Assembly: GCA_964580585.1 (NCBI GenBank)
Contig: CAZOKZ010000006.1
Location: 45,492-109,491 of the forward strand
Origin: an uncultured Candidatus Sumerlaeota bacterium
GTDB lineage: Bacteria > Sumerlaeota > Sumerlaeia > SLMS01 > JAHLLQ01
Direction: 5' to 3'
DNA length: 64,000 bases
This document shows, piece after piece, positions 18,603 through 28,756 of the stretch. The notes under the pieces are model-generated. The model saw nothing but the letters and a program-made list of their open reading frames with translations. It was not told the DNA's origin and ran no database searches. Positions within the stretch are counted from its first letter, which is position 1; each line of letters opens with the position of its first letter. A program made the position numbers and the translations under genes.

Positions 18603-20357
18603 ATGGTGAAGACGATCAATTCACAGTGGACTCGATTTTGGGCGACAGGCGTTGCTCTTCTAGCGGTGGTATTTCTTTGCATTTCTCCCATGATCGTGCC
18701 TGCTCAATACAGCGACGATCTGTCCGAACTGGACGAACAACGCGAAATTGAGGCCGCAAAACAGGAAATCCGCCAGCTTCTCGGTAAGGGCAAATATCGT
18801 GAAGTGATCATCAAGTGCGATGTGCTCGAAAAAATGGACCCGGGCAATTCCTCGGCGATTATCTGGAAAAAGTATGCCGAAGAACAAACTTTTGTACCGG
18901 CAACACCAATACCGATTTATAAGACACCTGACGTCGATGACAAAGATATCGTTACGCCTAGCCCTACCGCCACGCCTCGTCCCACATCGACCCCGGTGCC
19001 ACCGCCAGATGGTGGATGGGATGATCCGACTGGGGGCACTACTGACAATATCGATCTCAAGCTCATCATGGGTCTTGTGGTCGGTGTGTTGTTTTGTGCC
19101 GCGATTGCTATTGTCGCGTGGTTGCGTGTGCGTGCGACGCGTGCTAAGTTGGCCCAAGCGATTAGCCGCGCTCAGAAAGCAAACGACGATCCGACGTTCT
19201 CCGATATGCCGACTGCGGTTAGCTTGAACGATGAAGTAACTCAGGTTCAGGGAACGTACGAGAAACCCTGGCCGAAACCGGACGACGATTCGGTCGTGCA
19301 GTATGGCAGCGTTGGCAAAGGAACCCCGTCGCTTCAGGACGCCGACACCATGGATATGATGGCGGGCGGGGGCGACATGAAGTTCGGCGGCGATGTCCCC
19401 GAGGATCAGGTGACAGCCGTTGGTGGTTCGTATGACGATCAAACGCGACAAGGCGATGCGGGATACAACGAATACGACCCGAACACAGGTCTTGGGCTTT
19501 ACGATGAAAACACCGGTGGCGATGTGCCTGCGTTGCGGTTTGCTTCGGCCAACGCGCCGCTTTCGGAACACACCGATGTCGGCGAGATGCCGCCTCCTCC
19601 GGGCACGGGCGAGGACCAACACGACAGCCAGACGTTGGATTTGAGCGAAGACGAACGCACGCGCCAGGAAATGAACAAAAAACTGGCCGATAGCCGGGAG
19701 AAAGATAAAAAGAAAGTCGTCGATGCCGACCCGGATTCCGTGTCGTTCAATTCGCTGATGTTCGCCAACCGCGGCGAAACTCCCAAGCCGTCGGGTTCTG
19801 TTCGCGGCCAGGAAGTCGATGCGGACCCCGATTCGATTTCGTTCAACTCGCTCATGTTCAGCGGACAGAACGATACTCAACCAATCGGTCCCGCAGGCAC
19901 GGGGGGTGGAGTGGAAGCGGAAGACCCGAACGCAATGTCATTCAACTCGCTCATGTTTGCAGGTGGCGATGAAACGCGTGAATCGAACGCTCCGCCCGCC
20001 GACACGGGTGTACCCAGCGCTCCGCCGCCGGAAGAGCCGGAAGACCCGAATGCGATGTCGTTTAACTCGTTGATGTTCGCTTCCGGCGGAAACGACACCA
20101 TTGCAAGCGGTGCATCTTCTCCGAACAAGGACGCCGCCGGTGGCGATAGTGGGGAAGCGACCCTGATGCTTTCCGGTTCAAACGAGAACAACGATGATGA
20201 CCAGGGCGGTTTTGACGATCTTGTCACGCTCGAAGGCGGAATTGGCGATGGGCAAGACGACGACGCCTTGAATTTAGGCGATACCATTCAATTATCGGGT
20301 GGGATGGACGAAACGGTTCAGCTCTTCGATAACGATGCGAATGACAAGAAGTCGTAA
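18603..20357 (+). CDS. membrane-anchored acidic repeat protein (4x SFNSLMF repeats)
   Basis: N-terminal TM, a Pro/Thr linker and a second TM (GLVVGVLFCAAIAIVAWL). Four ~35-aa repeats with core DP(D/N)(S/A)xSFNSLMF(A/S), then a D/E/G-rich tail. Confidence 0.55.
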   Translation: MVKTINSQWTRFWATGVALLAVVFLCISPMIVPAQYSDDLSELDEQREIEAAKQEIRQLLGKGKYREVIIKCDVLEKMDPGNSSAIIWKKYAEEQTFVPATPIPIYKTPDVDDKDIVTPSPTATPRPTSTPVPPPDGGWDDPTGGTTDNIDLKLIMGLVVGVLFCAAIAIVAWLRVRATRAKLAQAISRAQKANDDPTFSDMPTAVSLNDEVTQVQGTYEKPWPKPDDDSVVQYGSVGKGTPSLQDADTMDMMAGGGDMKFGGDVPEDQVTAVGGSYDDQTRQGDAGYNEYDPNTGLGLYDENTGGDVPALRFASANAPLSEHTDVGEMPPPPGTGEDQHDSQTLDLSEDERTRQEMNKKLADSREKDKKKVVDADPDSVSFNSLMFANRGETPKPSGSVRGQEVDADPDSISFNSLMFSGQNDTQPIGPAGTGGGVEAEDPNAMSFNSLMFAGGDETRESNAPPADTGVPSAPPPEEPEDPNAMSFNSLMFASGGNDTIASGASSPNKDAAGGDSGEATLMLSGSNENNDDDQGGFDDLVTLEGGIGDGQDDDALNLGDTIQLSGGMDETVQLFDNDANDKKS

Positions 20358-20363
20358 TATTTG

Positions 20364-22169
20364 TCAGTACGCGTTCGATTGAGCGAATTGTTCGCTCGAA
20401 TAAAAACGACCAATCAGATCACGAGCAATGGGGGCGGCGATGTCGCCCCCATGTCCTTTTGCTTCCTCGACGTGCGCAATGACAACGTATTGTGGCGTCG
20501 AGCGAGGAAAGAAACACGCGAACCACGCATCGACTCCACCTTTACCATTTTCCGCCGTGCCGGTTTTGCCGCAAACCTCCCACGAATCGGGAAACATCGT
20601 CTTATATGCCGTGCCGCCGGGTTCGCTGACGGCGTCGCTGAATCCTTCGATCAGCCGTTGGCGATCCGTTGGTTGCCAGGAAATATTACCGGTGCTGGAC
20701 GGTTGAATTTTCGTGACTTGACTGTCGTCGGCTGAACGGATTTCTCGAACAAGGTGTGGTTGAATAACCGTTCCGCCGTTGGCCAATGCCGCGTAAGCCA
20801 CGGCTACCTGGAGCGGTGTGGCCAGCAAGGCACCTTGCCCGATGGCGAGATTCAAAATTTCGCCCCCTTCGGGTGGCTTGCCGTCGCGCATGAAAGCCCC
20901 TCCCTTTTCGTTCGGCAGATCAATGCCTGTCGGAGTGCCAAACCCGAATTTACGCGCGGTTGCAATCAATCGGTCGGCTCCGATGTCATGACCGACTTGG
21001 TAAAAGTAAACGTTACAGGAAACTTTGATCGCGGTGGGCATATCGAGCGCTCCGTGACCTGACCGTGCATCGCAGTAAAATCGTTGCGACCAGCCGGGCC
21101 ATTGGTAACTGCCCGCGCAAAACACCGAATTGTTTGTGTGCCATCCGTCGTGCAGAGCCGCTGTTGCAGAAACAAGTTTGAACGTTGAACCGGGGGGATA
21201 AGTACCGCGATAGGCACGGTTTAGATACGAAACGGGGCGCCCATCGAGTTCCTGTCGCCAGGGAGCAGTCGGGTCGAAGGTTGGAGTGGAAGCGAGCACC
21301 AACACTTCGCCCGTCCGAACGTCCATCATGACAACCGATCCCTGCTGTTCGCCGAGTAAATCCATCGCGGTGGCTTGTAATTCCGCGTCGATAGAAAGAA
21401 CCAGGTCGTCTCCGGCGTGCGCGGGTTCTTCGATGGTTGGATCGGCCAGCAAATTGCCCCGTGCATCGCGCACTAGGCGCCGCAATCCGCGTTTGCCAAC
21501 CAGATGTTCTTCATATTTTGCCTCGATGCCAGCGATGCCAACGTATGCATCGGGCAGATAAATCGGCATGGGGTATTTTTCCGACTGACCTTCGGGAATT
21601 TTTCCTACGTAACCCGTGACGAGCGCCAATGCCGGGCCCATGGGATATTCCCGACGATAATCCTCGTCTAATCGTACGCCTTGGAAATCGTCTGGACGTT
21701 CCAGGATCGGGATGACCTGTTCCTGGGTCAGGCGACGTGCGAGTGTAAAACGGGTCCACGACGGGGTGGTATCGACGATTTCCTGCTCACGAGCCAGAAA
21801 ATCCTCGTTCAGAAGCTCACTCAACAGTCGCAGAGTCTCGTGGATTTCTTCGCGCGTGCGATGGCGGCGCGAATAACTGAGGGCGTAGGCTTTGCGATTA
21901 GAGGCTAGTGGCGTACCCCAGCGATCGTAGATATTTCCCCGGGGAGCTTCGATGCGTTGAATGGCTTGGAGATTCGATTCGGCAACTTCGCGGTACTTTT
22001 CACCGCGAACAATGGTCAGAAACCCCACGCGTCCCAAAATCGTCACCAGCAGAATCCCCACGATCACGGCGCTGATGCGTGCGCGCGATTGAAACTGCGA
22101 GGATTGACGAAGCGGTTGGGATCGAAATTCCACAAAGCTTTCCAAGCGGAAAAATAAACTCAACCGCAC
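20364..22169 (-). CDS. mrdA: penicillin-binding protein 2 (peptidoglycan D,D-transpeptidase)
   Basis: N-terminal TM plus dimerisation domain. Transpeptidase motifs STFK (PGSTFKLVSA), SCN and KTGTA. Confidence 0.8.
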   Translation of the reverse strand: MRLSLFFRLESFVEFRSQPLRQSSQFQSRARISAVIVGILLVTILGRVGFLTIVRGEKYREVAESNLQAIQRIEAPRGNIYDRWGTPLASNRKAYALSYSRRHRTREEIHETLRLLSELLNEDFLAREQEIVDTTPSWTRFTLARRLTQEQVIPILERPDDFQGVRLDEDYRREYPMGPALALVTGYVGKIPEGQSEKYPMPIYLPDAYVGIAGIEAKYEEHLVGKRGLRRLVRDARGNLLADPTIEEPAHAGDDLVLSIDAELQATAMDLLGEQQGSVVMMDVRTGEVLVLASTPTFDPTAPWRQELDGRPVSYLNRAYRGTYPPGSTFKLVSATAALHDGWHTNNSVFCAGSYQWPGWSQRFYCDARSGHGALDMPTAIKVSCNVYFYQVGHDIGADRLIATARKFGFGTPTGIDLPNEKGGAFMRDGKPPEGGEILNLAIGQGALLATPLQVAVAYAALANGGTVIQPHLVREIRSADDSQVTKIQPSSTGNISWQPTDRQRLIEGFSDAVSEPGGTAYKTMFPDSWEVCGKTGTAENGKGGVDAWFACFFPRSTPQYVVIAHVEEAKGHGGDIAAPIARDLIGRFYSSEQFAQSNAY

Positions 22170-22283
22170 GCTGGCCAGCAGTCGCGTTCAACGACAAGGG
22201 GAAAGCGGCTCGGCGCGAGATAATTTCAGCTCTGTGCGCGTTTTCCGTAGCCCTCGGCGGCGTTTGGCAGCCATCAAGTCAGC

Positions 22284-23831
22284 ATGAAGAATGCGCAAAA
22301 ACAAAAACTCGCTCCATCAACATTGGTTGAGGGTTCGGCCGAGGCGATAACGCCTGCTGGACGCAAGCTGGTTGCAGACACGGGAAAACTTTCGGGCGCG
22401 ACCGGCGCGAGTTATTTCATCAACCTTGTTGGCGGGTTGATTCTGGCACGGTTGCTGGGACCGGCGCTATACGGGATTTGGAAAACCGTACAGATGGTCC
22501 TTGATTTTACGACATTTTCAAATTTTGGCAGCATCAACGGTGTCGATCGTTTGTGCCCCTCGATGGTTTCGCAAGGCAAGCTGGGTCGGTATCGTCGATC
22601 GATTGGCGCATCGTTGGGATTCAGCCTGACGTTGGCTTCGATGGTGTCCCTGATGTTGTTGGCTTGGGGGGCGGGGCATCCACCTGGGCAAGCGCGCGTG
22701 GGTATTTTGGCGCTGGTGATTCTGGTATTTATCCAGCCGTTCTTTACGCATGGCGAGGCCGCGTTGGGTGTTGAGAAGCGATTCGGCGCCAAGGCCAAGA
22801 TGATCTTTGTCTCCACGACGTTGCGGATCGTGTTCAGCATCGCGGCAGCGTTGCTGTTCGATCTGGCCGGCGTGCTGACCATCCTGATTTTAACGATTGT
22901 TGGGGCGGCGATTTACATGATTTCGCGCAGCCGCATGGGGCTGATGCTGAATCTCGATGGTCGTCGAGTGTTTGCGCTTGTGCGGGCCGGGTTGCCGATC
23001 ACAGGGCTGGGTTTGGGCGAACGATTGTTGATGAATGCGGACAAAATTATCGTCGTGAGTCTTCTCGGCGCGGAAGCGATGGGACTTTATCAAATGGCGG
23101 TGTTTTCGCTGCCTGTGTTACTGCTCGTTCCGTTTTCTTTGCGCCAGGTGGTCAATATCGACGTGTACGACAAGTTCGGCCAGACGGGTGATTTGGCTGT
23201 CTGCCGCGATGTGTACGAACGCTCGGTCAGTGTGATTGCACTCAGTTCGCCATTCATTATGGGTGCCGTGTATTTTGGCGTGCCGATGCTGGTTGATTGG
23301 TTTTTGGACGACTACGTGCGGGCGATTCCGGCTATCAAAGCGTTCTCGATCCTCAGTTATTCGATTCTCATTATCCAGACAGCATTTGTGATCGCCATTG
23401 TGGCGCGACGAGTTGCGGGGACGATTCAGTGGCTGGTTTCATTGGCTGCTATTTCCGCGATTCTAAGCTTTTTCGCTGCTCGAACCGGGATGTCGTTTCT
23501 TGCCATTTTAGGCATTCACGCCAGCGGTTGGTTGGTTTTTGCCTTCGGGTTTTTATTGAGCGTCGAACATTGGCTTGGGGCAAAAGCCGAGACAGCCATT
23601 CGCCAGGTGTTACTCTGGTTTTTGCCGATGCTGGCGATTGCCATTGAACTGCCAGCCGTTGATCATGCGCTTCAGGCGATGGGCTTGGTGCAGCATTCCC
23701 TATTTTGGGCTGTAGTGGGCGGAGTAATTCATTCGATGGTATGTTTGCCGATGTTTGTTTTGCTTGAACGTCAGACGCATGGGGTGAGTTACGTGCTGAG
23801 AGCAGCGAAGCAGCGGATATCCGGAGGATAA
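22284..23831 (+). CDS. MOP-superfamily polysaccharide flippase (Wzx-like)
   Basis: ~14 predicted TM helices. Located beside the LptD-like and O-antigen-ligase-like genes. Confidence 0.6.
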   Translation: MKNAQKQKLAPSTLVEGSAEAITPAGRKLVADTGKLSGATGASYFINLVGGLILARLLGPALYGIWKTVQMVLDFTTFSNFGSINGVDRLCPSMVSQGKLGRYRRSIGASLGFSLTLASMVSLMLLAWGAGHPPGQARVGILALVILVFIQPFFTHGEAALGVEKRFGAKAKMIFVSTTLRIVFSIAAALLFDLAGVLTILILTIVGAAIYMISRSRMGLMLNLDGRRVFALVRAGLPITGLGLGERLLMNADKIIVVSLLGAEAMGLYQMAVFSLPVLLLVPFSLRQVVNIDVYDKFGQTGDLAVCRDVYERSVSVIALSSPFIMGAVYFGVPMLVDWFLDDYVRAIPAIKAFSILSYSILIIQTAFVIAIVARRVAGTIQWLVSLAAISAILSFFAARTGMSFLAILGIHASGWLVFAFGFLLSVEHWLGAKAETAIRQVLLWFLPMLAIAIELPAVDHALQAMGLVQHSLFWAVVGGVIHSMVCLPMFVLLERQTHGVSYVLRAAKQRISGG

Positions 23832-23983
23832 TTCGATAAATTTCCCGGCGCCTGGAATGCGCATCTCTGCTTGCCTCTCCTTCCGGGTCGGGCTCACGCT
23901 CTTCCTCTGAATGTCCTCGAAGAAGCACCCCAAGCGGGATGACGAACTATTCCGCTCCAATTTGATTACGTTTCGGGAAGCCG

Positions 23984-26584
23984 ATGTCCTTGTCCAACCG
24001 ACTGATTCGACCGAAGGTATTGTCTCTCGCGGCGCTTCTGGCCGCCATCATTCCCGCCACGGCTCCGTTGGCCCGTGCCCAGGATAACGTCGCGCCGTCC
24101 GTCTCGACTGGTTCCGTGGTGGCGCCACTTGACCGACTCCCCGTGGGCGAGGCTTCTGACCAGTTGCGGGTTCAGGGTTCCGAGCGGTTGTACTCGGTGG
24201 AAAAAACGATCTACGGCGTTGGTCGGACGACAATCAGCAAGGGCGATGTGACAATTTCCGCCGACCGGATGGTGATCGACACGGTAACCGAAGAAGTCCA
24301 GGCCGAGGGCAATGTGCTCTTTGTCGGTCCGGGCAAGGAAATCCGCGCCAGCAGCGGCCGTTATAGTTTCCGTAACCAGGAAGGCGTTGCGTTCGATGTC
24401 GAGGGCGTTTCGCGGGGATTTTTCTTTCGCAAGCAGTGGGACGAAGAGATCAACGGCCCGTCTTTCCGCCGTATCGACGAGGATCAGGCGCTTTTCCGCG
24501 GCGCGTACTACACTACAAGCGGTTTCCCTGTGCCGACGTACTACATTGCGGCCAAAGAAATCATCGTCATTCCCGATAATCGATGGTTCATGAAGAGCGC
24601 AGTGCTCTGGGTGCGCGGCGTTCCGATGATGTATTTCCCGGTTTACACACGCGCCTTTGATGGCGGCAGCCCGTGGTCGGTAGAAGTCGGCGCGCGCAGC
24701 AGTTACGGCGCATATTTGCGATTGGGTTATCAGTTCATCCACGAAACCAAGGTTCCTGACTGGGAAAATCCCGAAGTTTATCGCACACGCTCGACCGGCA
24801 AACTCGGTCTGCGAACGGACCTGTTCAGCGGGGGCGCTATTGGTGTTGGGATGAAATACGACTATCAGTTCGATTTCAAACGCCACATTGGTTCGCTCGA
24901 TTTGTACGGTGTTCGTGACAACGTGCGCGATGTGGATGCCGAAGACCACAACCAGGACCGGTATTACTACCGTCATCGCCACAATAGCATGTTCGGCAAG
25001 ACTATCTGGCAGTTGAACGCCGATTGGATGAGCGATCCGGACATTTATTACGATCTGGCCGATCCATTCGAGGAAATTGCGCGCGGACGTTTGCCCGAGC
25101 GGCGTATTCGCGGCGCGGTAACGTATTTGCAGGAAGATTGGCTGGCGCGTATTTCCACAGAGTTCAAGGAACGTGTGACCCTCGGCCGTTACGCGGATTT
25201 CGCGGAGCCGAAAGACGATAACTTGAACTACGATCCCGACCCGGATTTTGCTAAGGAAACCGGAGAGGACACCGATGGCATCAGCCGTACACGATATGGC
25301 CGCGTTTCCGAAAAATACGAAGGCCGCGTGGCGACACGCTTGCTGCCGTTTTTCGGCGGGCCGTTCTACTGGCATGTGGAAGCAAATGCATTCAGTAACC
25401 TGGATGCCGGTTTCAACGAACTGAGCCAAGGCGACGACGAACGTGTCTCCGGTGGCGATGTTTACGCCTCGTTGACGCACCGGACACGGTTGGATGGCGA
25501 CGGACGCTTTACATGGTTGAACACGGTGGGCGTTGGCGTTGGATCGTATGATCGGTCAAGCGATCGACTGGTTGATCGCGACCGGGAAAAAGGCAAAACA
25601 ACGACAATCGATGGCCTGACGTTTTACGATGGCGATTCGGTTTTCATCAGCAATGGTTCGCGCAAAGTCGATTACGGTAATGTCAACCCGGTGTACGCCT
25701 GGGCCGATTATTCCAGCCGTCTGAACGCACGATTTACGGACAACGTATCTGGTTACTTGAAGTACACGGTGCGCCAAGGCACACGTCATCATGCAGGTGA
25801 GTTTTACGAGCAAGTTGGACGGCTTGAGGCATTTGAGGATATTTACGATTTCCCTGTTGATGAGCACTGGATCGAAGGTTTCCTGCGATATTCGCCGCTT
25901 TTCCCGAAAATCACGACATACTTGGCAGGCGGATATAATCTTCAAAGCCGTAGTAATAAATTCGCCAACGAGCGCCTTTATTATGTGGAAACGGGTGCCG
26001 AATACGAGAGCGATTCGGGCGAGTGGATGCACGAGACCAGTTTGACGTTCGATGGCCGCCAGGCGCGTGACCGCGAAGATCCGAATGACTTCCAGTTCCA
26101 GGAACTTTCGGGACATTTCGGAACAAAATACATTCCGCAACACGGACGGTATTGGCTGGGATTGGACATCGATGGTCGCTATCCGCTGGAAGACGATCCG
26201 GTCGGTGAAGCGTCCAAACGCCGCGACCGTTATAGCGACGAAGAACCGGATGTTTCCGTTCGTCCGCTGGTGGGCCGCCAGTTTGGTCCCAAGTACGATG
26301 TCGAAGTGTTCACCGAGTATAACACGAAGATCGATGGGATCAAAGAAGCAGGCGTGATTGTGCGCCGCGACGTGTACGACGCGGATATTTTTGTGTTTGC
26401 CGGTATCAAGAATAATAGCTTCAAAAACCGTGACAAAGACAGTGGCAATAACGCGGATGGCGACACGGAACTGGATTTCCGCGTGGGCCTGAAAGTCAAA
26501 CGCCCCGACGATCAAGCGGGGTTGAGCGCCGTTTCAATCAAGACGTTGCGCGACCGCCAACGACAAGCCAGCTTTGTGGAATAA
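23984..26584 (+). CDS. lptD: LPS-assembly outer-membrane protein LptD-like (OstA N-domain plus large beta-barrel)
   Basis: Signal peptide. N-terminal OstA-like segment (ISADRMVIDTVTEEVQAEGNVLFVGPGKEIRASSGRYSF). ~700 aa with alternating aromatic residues typical of a beta-barrel. Confidence 0.5.
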   Translation: MSLSNRLIRPKVLSLAALLAAIIPATAPLARAQDNVAPSVSTGSVVAPLDRLPVGEASDQLRVQGSERLYSVEKTIYGVGRTTISKGDVTISADRMVIDTVTEEVQAEGNVLFVGPGKEIRASSGRYSFRNQEGVAFDVEGVSRGFFFRKQWDEEINGPSFRRIDEDQALFRGAYYTTSGFPVPTYYIAAKEIIVIPDNRWFMKSAVLWVRGVPMMYFPVYTRAFDGGSPWSVEVGARSSYGAYLRLGYQFIHETKVPDWENPEVYRTRSTGKLGLRTDLFSGGAIGVGMKYDYQFDFKRHIGSLDLYGVRDNVRDVDAEDHNQDRYYYRHRHNSMFGKTIWQLNADWMSDPDIYYDLADPFEEIARGRLPERRIRGAVTYLQEDWLARISTEFKERVTLGRYADFAEPKDDNLNYDPDPDFAKETGEDTDGISRTRYGRVSEKYEGRVATRLLPFFGGPFYWHVEANAFSNLDAGFNELSQGDDERVSGGDVYASLTHRTRLDGDGRFTWLNTVGVGVGSYDRSSDRLVDRDREKGKTTTIDGLTFYDGDSVFISNGSRKVDYGNVNPVYAWADYSSRLNARFTDNVSGYLKYTVRQGTRHHAGEFYEQVGRLEAFEDIYDFPVDEHWIEGFLRYSPLFPKITTYLAGGYNLQSRSNKFANERLYYVETGAEYESDSGEWMHETSLTFDGRQARDREDPNDFQFQELSGHFGTKYIPQHGRYWLGLDIDGRYPLEDDPVGEASKRRDRYSDEEPDVSVRPLVGRQFGPKYDVEVFTEYNTKIDGIKEAGVIVRRDVYDADIFVFAGIKNNSFKNRDKDSGNNADGDTELDFRVGLKVKRPDDQAGLSAVSIKTLRDRQRQASFVE

Positions 26585-28194
26585 TGGAAAGTTTCTTCTT
26601 AGAAGAGGGAAAAACACGCGCACTGGGCCGATTGGGGACCAGTGCGTTTTTTCTATTGGTGTTTGGCGTCCCGTTGTTTTTTCTCCCGCCCTCCGAGTTT
26701 CAAATTCGCACCGTAACCTCGGAAATCGTGCTCTTCAAGCACTTGGCTTTACGGTTTGTGTGTTCCGGAATTTTCCTGGTGGCGGCGGCCCAATTGTTTC
26801 TTGTACGCGAGAAAGCCAAACGGTTGTTAACCCTGCCGAGTATTTTGCTGCTGGCCTATGTGGGGTGGATGCTGCTCTCGGCGGCAACGTGTCCGAGCCC
26901 AGGACTGGGCGTGAAACGAATTTTGTCGGAATGTGCACTAATCCTGGCCACGATGTTGGCAGGATTATTTCTGACGAATGAAAAGCGCGTGCGCGTAGTG
27001 CTTTACGGTGCCACGGCAGCGACGGTCATTCTTGCCGTGTTGGGTTTGTTGGCCCGTTGGGGATGGGGAGATTTTCTCGTTTATGTTTACGGGGGTAACC
27101 CTGTGGAAATTGCCAAGCAGGGGTTGCAGCACCAGATGGGTCGTGTCGAAGGCGGATCGCTCCGTAGCGCGTTTATTGGAACGATCGGCAATGTCGAGTA
27201 TGCCGGGCATTATATGGCGGGTGGTTTTTTACTCGCTGGGTGTTGGGTGCTCGATGGGTGGGGGAGCCGTCACAACCGTTCGATGATTGCGTGGTTAGCG
27301 GGTCTCGCCGCGATGGCCATTTTGGGTCTTGCAGTGGTTTTGACGGCCACACGCGGGGCTTTGGTCGTCATCGCAATGGGGATGTTGGTGCGGTGGTGGG
27401 CGGGGATGCCCTTGCGTGGGTGGAAAATCGCGGTGGGCGGAGGCGTGGTGGTCTTTGCTGGTTTGCTTTTGGGGTTCTGGTTCGCTGTAATAGCGGTAAT
27501 GCTCGGATGCGCGTTGACTCTTGGGTGGCAGCTCAAAGCCGGGCATTTTCTGCCGATTTGGCAAGCGATTGAAAAACGCACGCAGGTCATTTTGATCGCC
27601 GGAGCAGCAGGCGCGGTGCTTGTGGCAACAATGTTTGTCGTTCCGGGACCGTGGAAAGTTCACACATTCCAAATTGCCGACCGTTTTGCATCGGCCACCA
27701 CGACGAGCGATCGGTCGGTGCGCGAACGTCTGACGTTTTATTTACTCGCTGGAACAATGGCGCTTGAACATCCCGTGTTTGGGGTCGGCCCCGGACACTA
27801 TCCGGCGGAATTTCATCGCACAATGGCTGAAATCGTGGCTCGTGATGCATCAGGAGCAATGGCGTATAACCAGCGGCTACTCGAATCGGGAGTCGCGGCG
27901 AATGTACACAACGATTACTTCCAGATTGCCGCCGAACGAGGATTGCCCGCGTTGTTTTTGTTCCTTGGTGCCATGTCGGCTTTGTTTGGCGGGTTGGTGC
28001 GAATCGTACGCCAGCACGAGGAGGACACATCCGCTTTGGCGCACGCGATTGTTGTCGTGCTGGCAGGTTATATGACGATGATGCTGACGAGTTTTCCGCT
28101 CCAGGAAGGCGCACGTCTCGCCACCTTTTACGCCATAGTCGCTTGTGGAGTAGCTTTGTTAACGCATTTTAGATCGACCGAAATTGAAAATTAG
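26584..28194 (+). CDS. O-antigen ligase/polymerase family (Wzy_C) membrane protein
   Basis: More than 10 TM helices. Central periplasmic loop with HNDYFQIAAERGLPALFLFLG resembles the Wzy_C signature. Confidence 0.6.
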   Translation: MESFFLEEGKTRALGRLGTSAFFLLVFGVPLFFLPPSEFQIRTVTSEIVLFKHLALRFVCSGIFLVAAAQLFLVREKAKRLLTLPSILLLAYVGWMLLSAATCPSPGLGVKRILSECALILATMLAGLFLTNEKRVRVVLYGATAATVILAVLGLLARWGWGDFLVYVYGGNPVEIAKQGLQHQMGRVEGGSLRSAFIGTIGNVEYAGHYMAGGFLLAGCWVLDGWGSRHNRSMIAWLAGLAAMAILGLAVVLTATRGALVVIAMGMLVRWWAGMPLRGWKIAVGGGVVVFAGLLLGFWFAVIAVMLGCALTLGWQLKAGHFLPIWQAIEKRTQVILIAGAAGAVLVATMFVVPGPWKVHTFQIADRFASATTTSDRSVRERLTFYLLAGTMALEHPVFGVGPGHYPAEFHRTMAEIVARDASGAMAYNQRLLESGVAANVHNDYFQIAAERGLPALFLFLGAMSALFGGLVRIVRQHEEDTSALAHAIVVVLAGYMTMMLTSFPLQEGARLATFYAIVACGVALLTHFRSTEIEN

Positions 28195-28345
28195 CCACAG
28201 AGATCACCGAGGACACGGAGCAAAGATAACGACTTACCTTTTGCGGCTCAGGTTATTTGTTTTTTCTTTCATTTTTTTATCGTAGCCGTATCCCGATATC
28301 TTTTTTCCCCTCTGAGTGCTCTGTGTCCTCTGTTGCAAAATTGTA
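28192..28345. repeat. MITE-like repeat element, copy A
   Basis: Termini CACAGAGATCACCGAGGACACGGAGCA ... TGCTCTGTGTCCTCTGTTGC form an imperfect inverted repeat. Copy B lies at 36235-36400 in opposite orientation. Confidence 0.45.
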
Positions 28346-28454
28346 GGAATTTGAACCCTACGGTTTCCTCCGATTCGCGTTGACACGCCCCCGGCCTGTG
28401 GTCATACGAAGTCATACTTTGCAGCGCGATTGTCGCGCTTGGTTGAGGGGTGAC

Positions 28455-28724
28455 GTGTCGAGCCGTAAAGAAGAAGTCATTACATTCAAGGTGGATAAGG
28501 AACTGGCCGAGCGCATCAAGGGTGTGGCGAATCGGTCGGAATTTATCCGTAATGCGGTGTTGGCAGCGATGGATAACGCGTGTCCATTGTGCAACGGAAC
28601 GGGGGTTTTGTCGATTGAGCAACGCTCGTATTGGAACGAGTTTACACGCACCCATCGCATGGAACCGATTCCCGAAGCGCACGGGGTGCGTCTGGTTTGC
28701 GACGCGGGCAAGTCTAAAAAATAA
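28455..28724 (+). CDS. putative ribbon-helix-helix (CopG/NikR-like) regulator with C-terminal CxxC motif (start uncertain; ORF extends up to 28380)
   Basis: ITFKVDKELAERIKGVANRSEFIRNAVLAAMD resembles an RHH beta-strand plus two helices. Followed by CPLCNGTG. Directly upstream of the znu operon. Confidence 0.45.
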   Translation: MSSRKEEVITFKVDKELAERIKGVANRSEFIRNAVLAAMDNACPLCNGTGVLSIEQRSYWNEFTRTHRMEPIPEAHGVRLVCDAGKSKK

Positions 28725-28756
28725 TTTCCAAACTTATCAAGTGAGTATTCGAGAGT

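Noticed and set aside
19700-20090. Four ~100-nt repeats at DNA level
   Set aside because: They are in-frame protein repeats (SFNSLMF units) within a CDS, with no unique spacers. This is not a CRISPR array.
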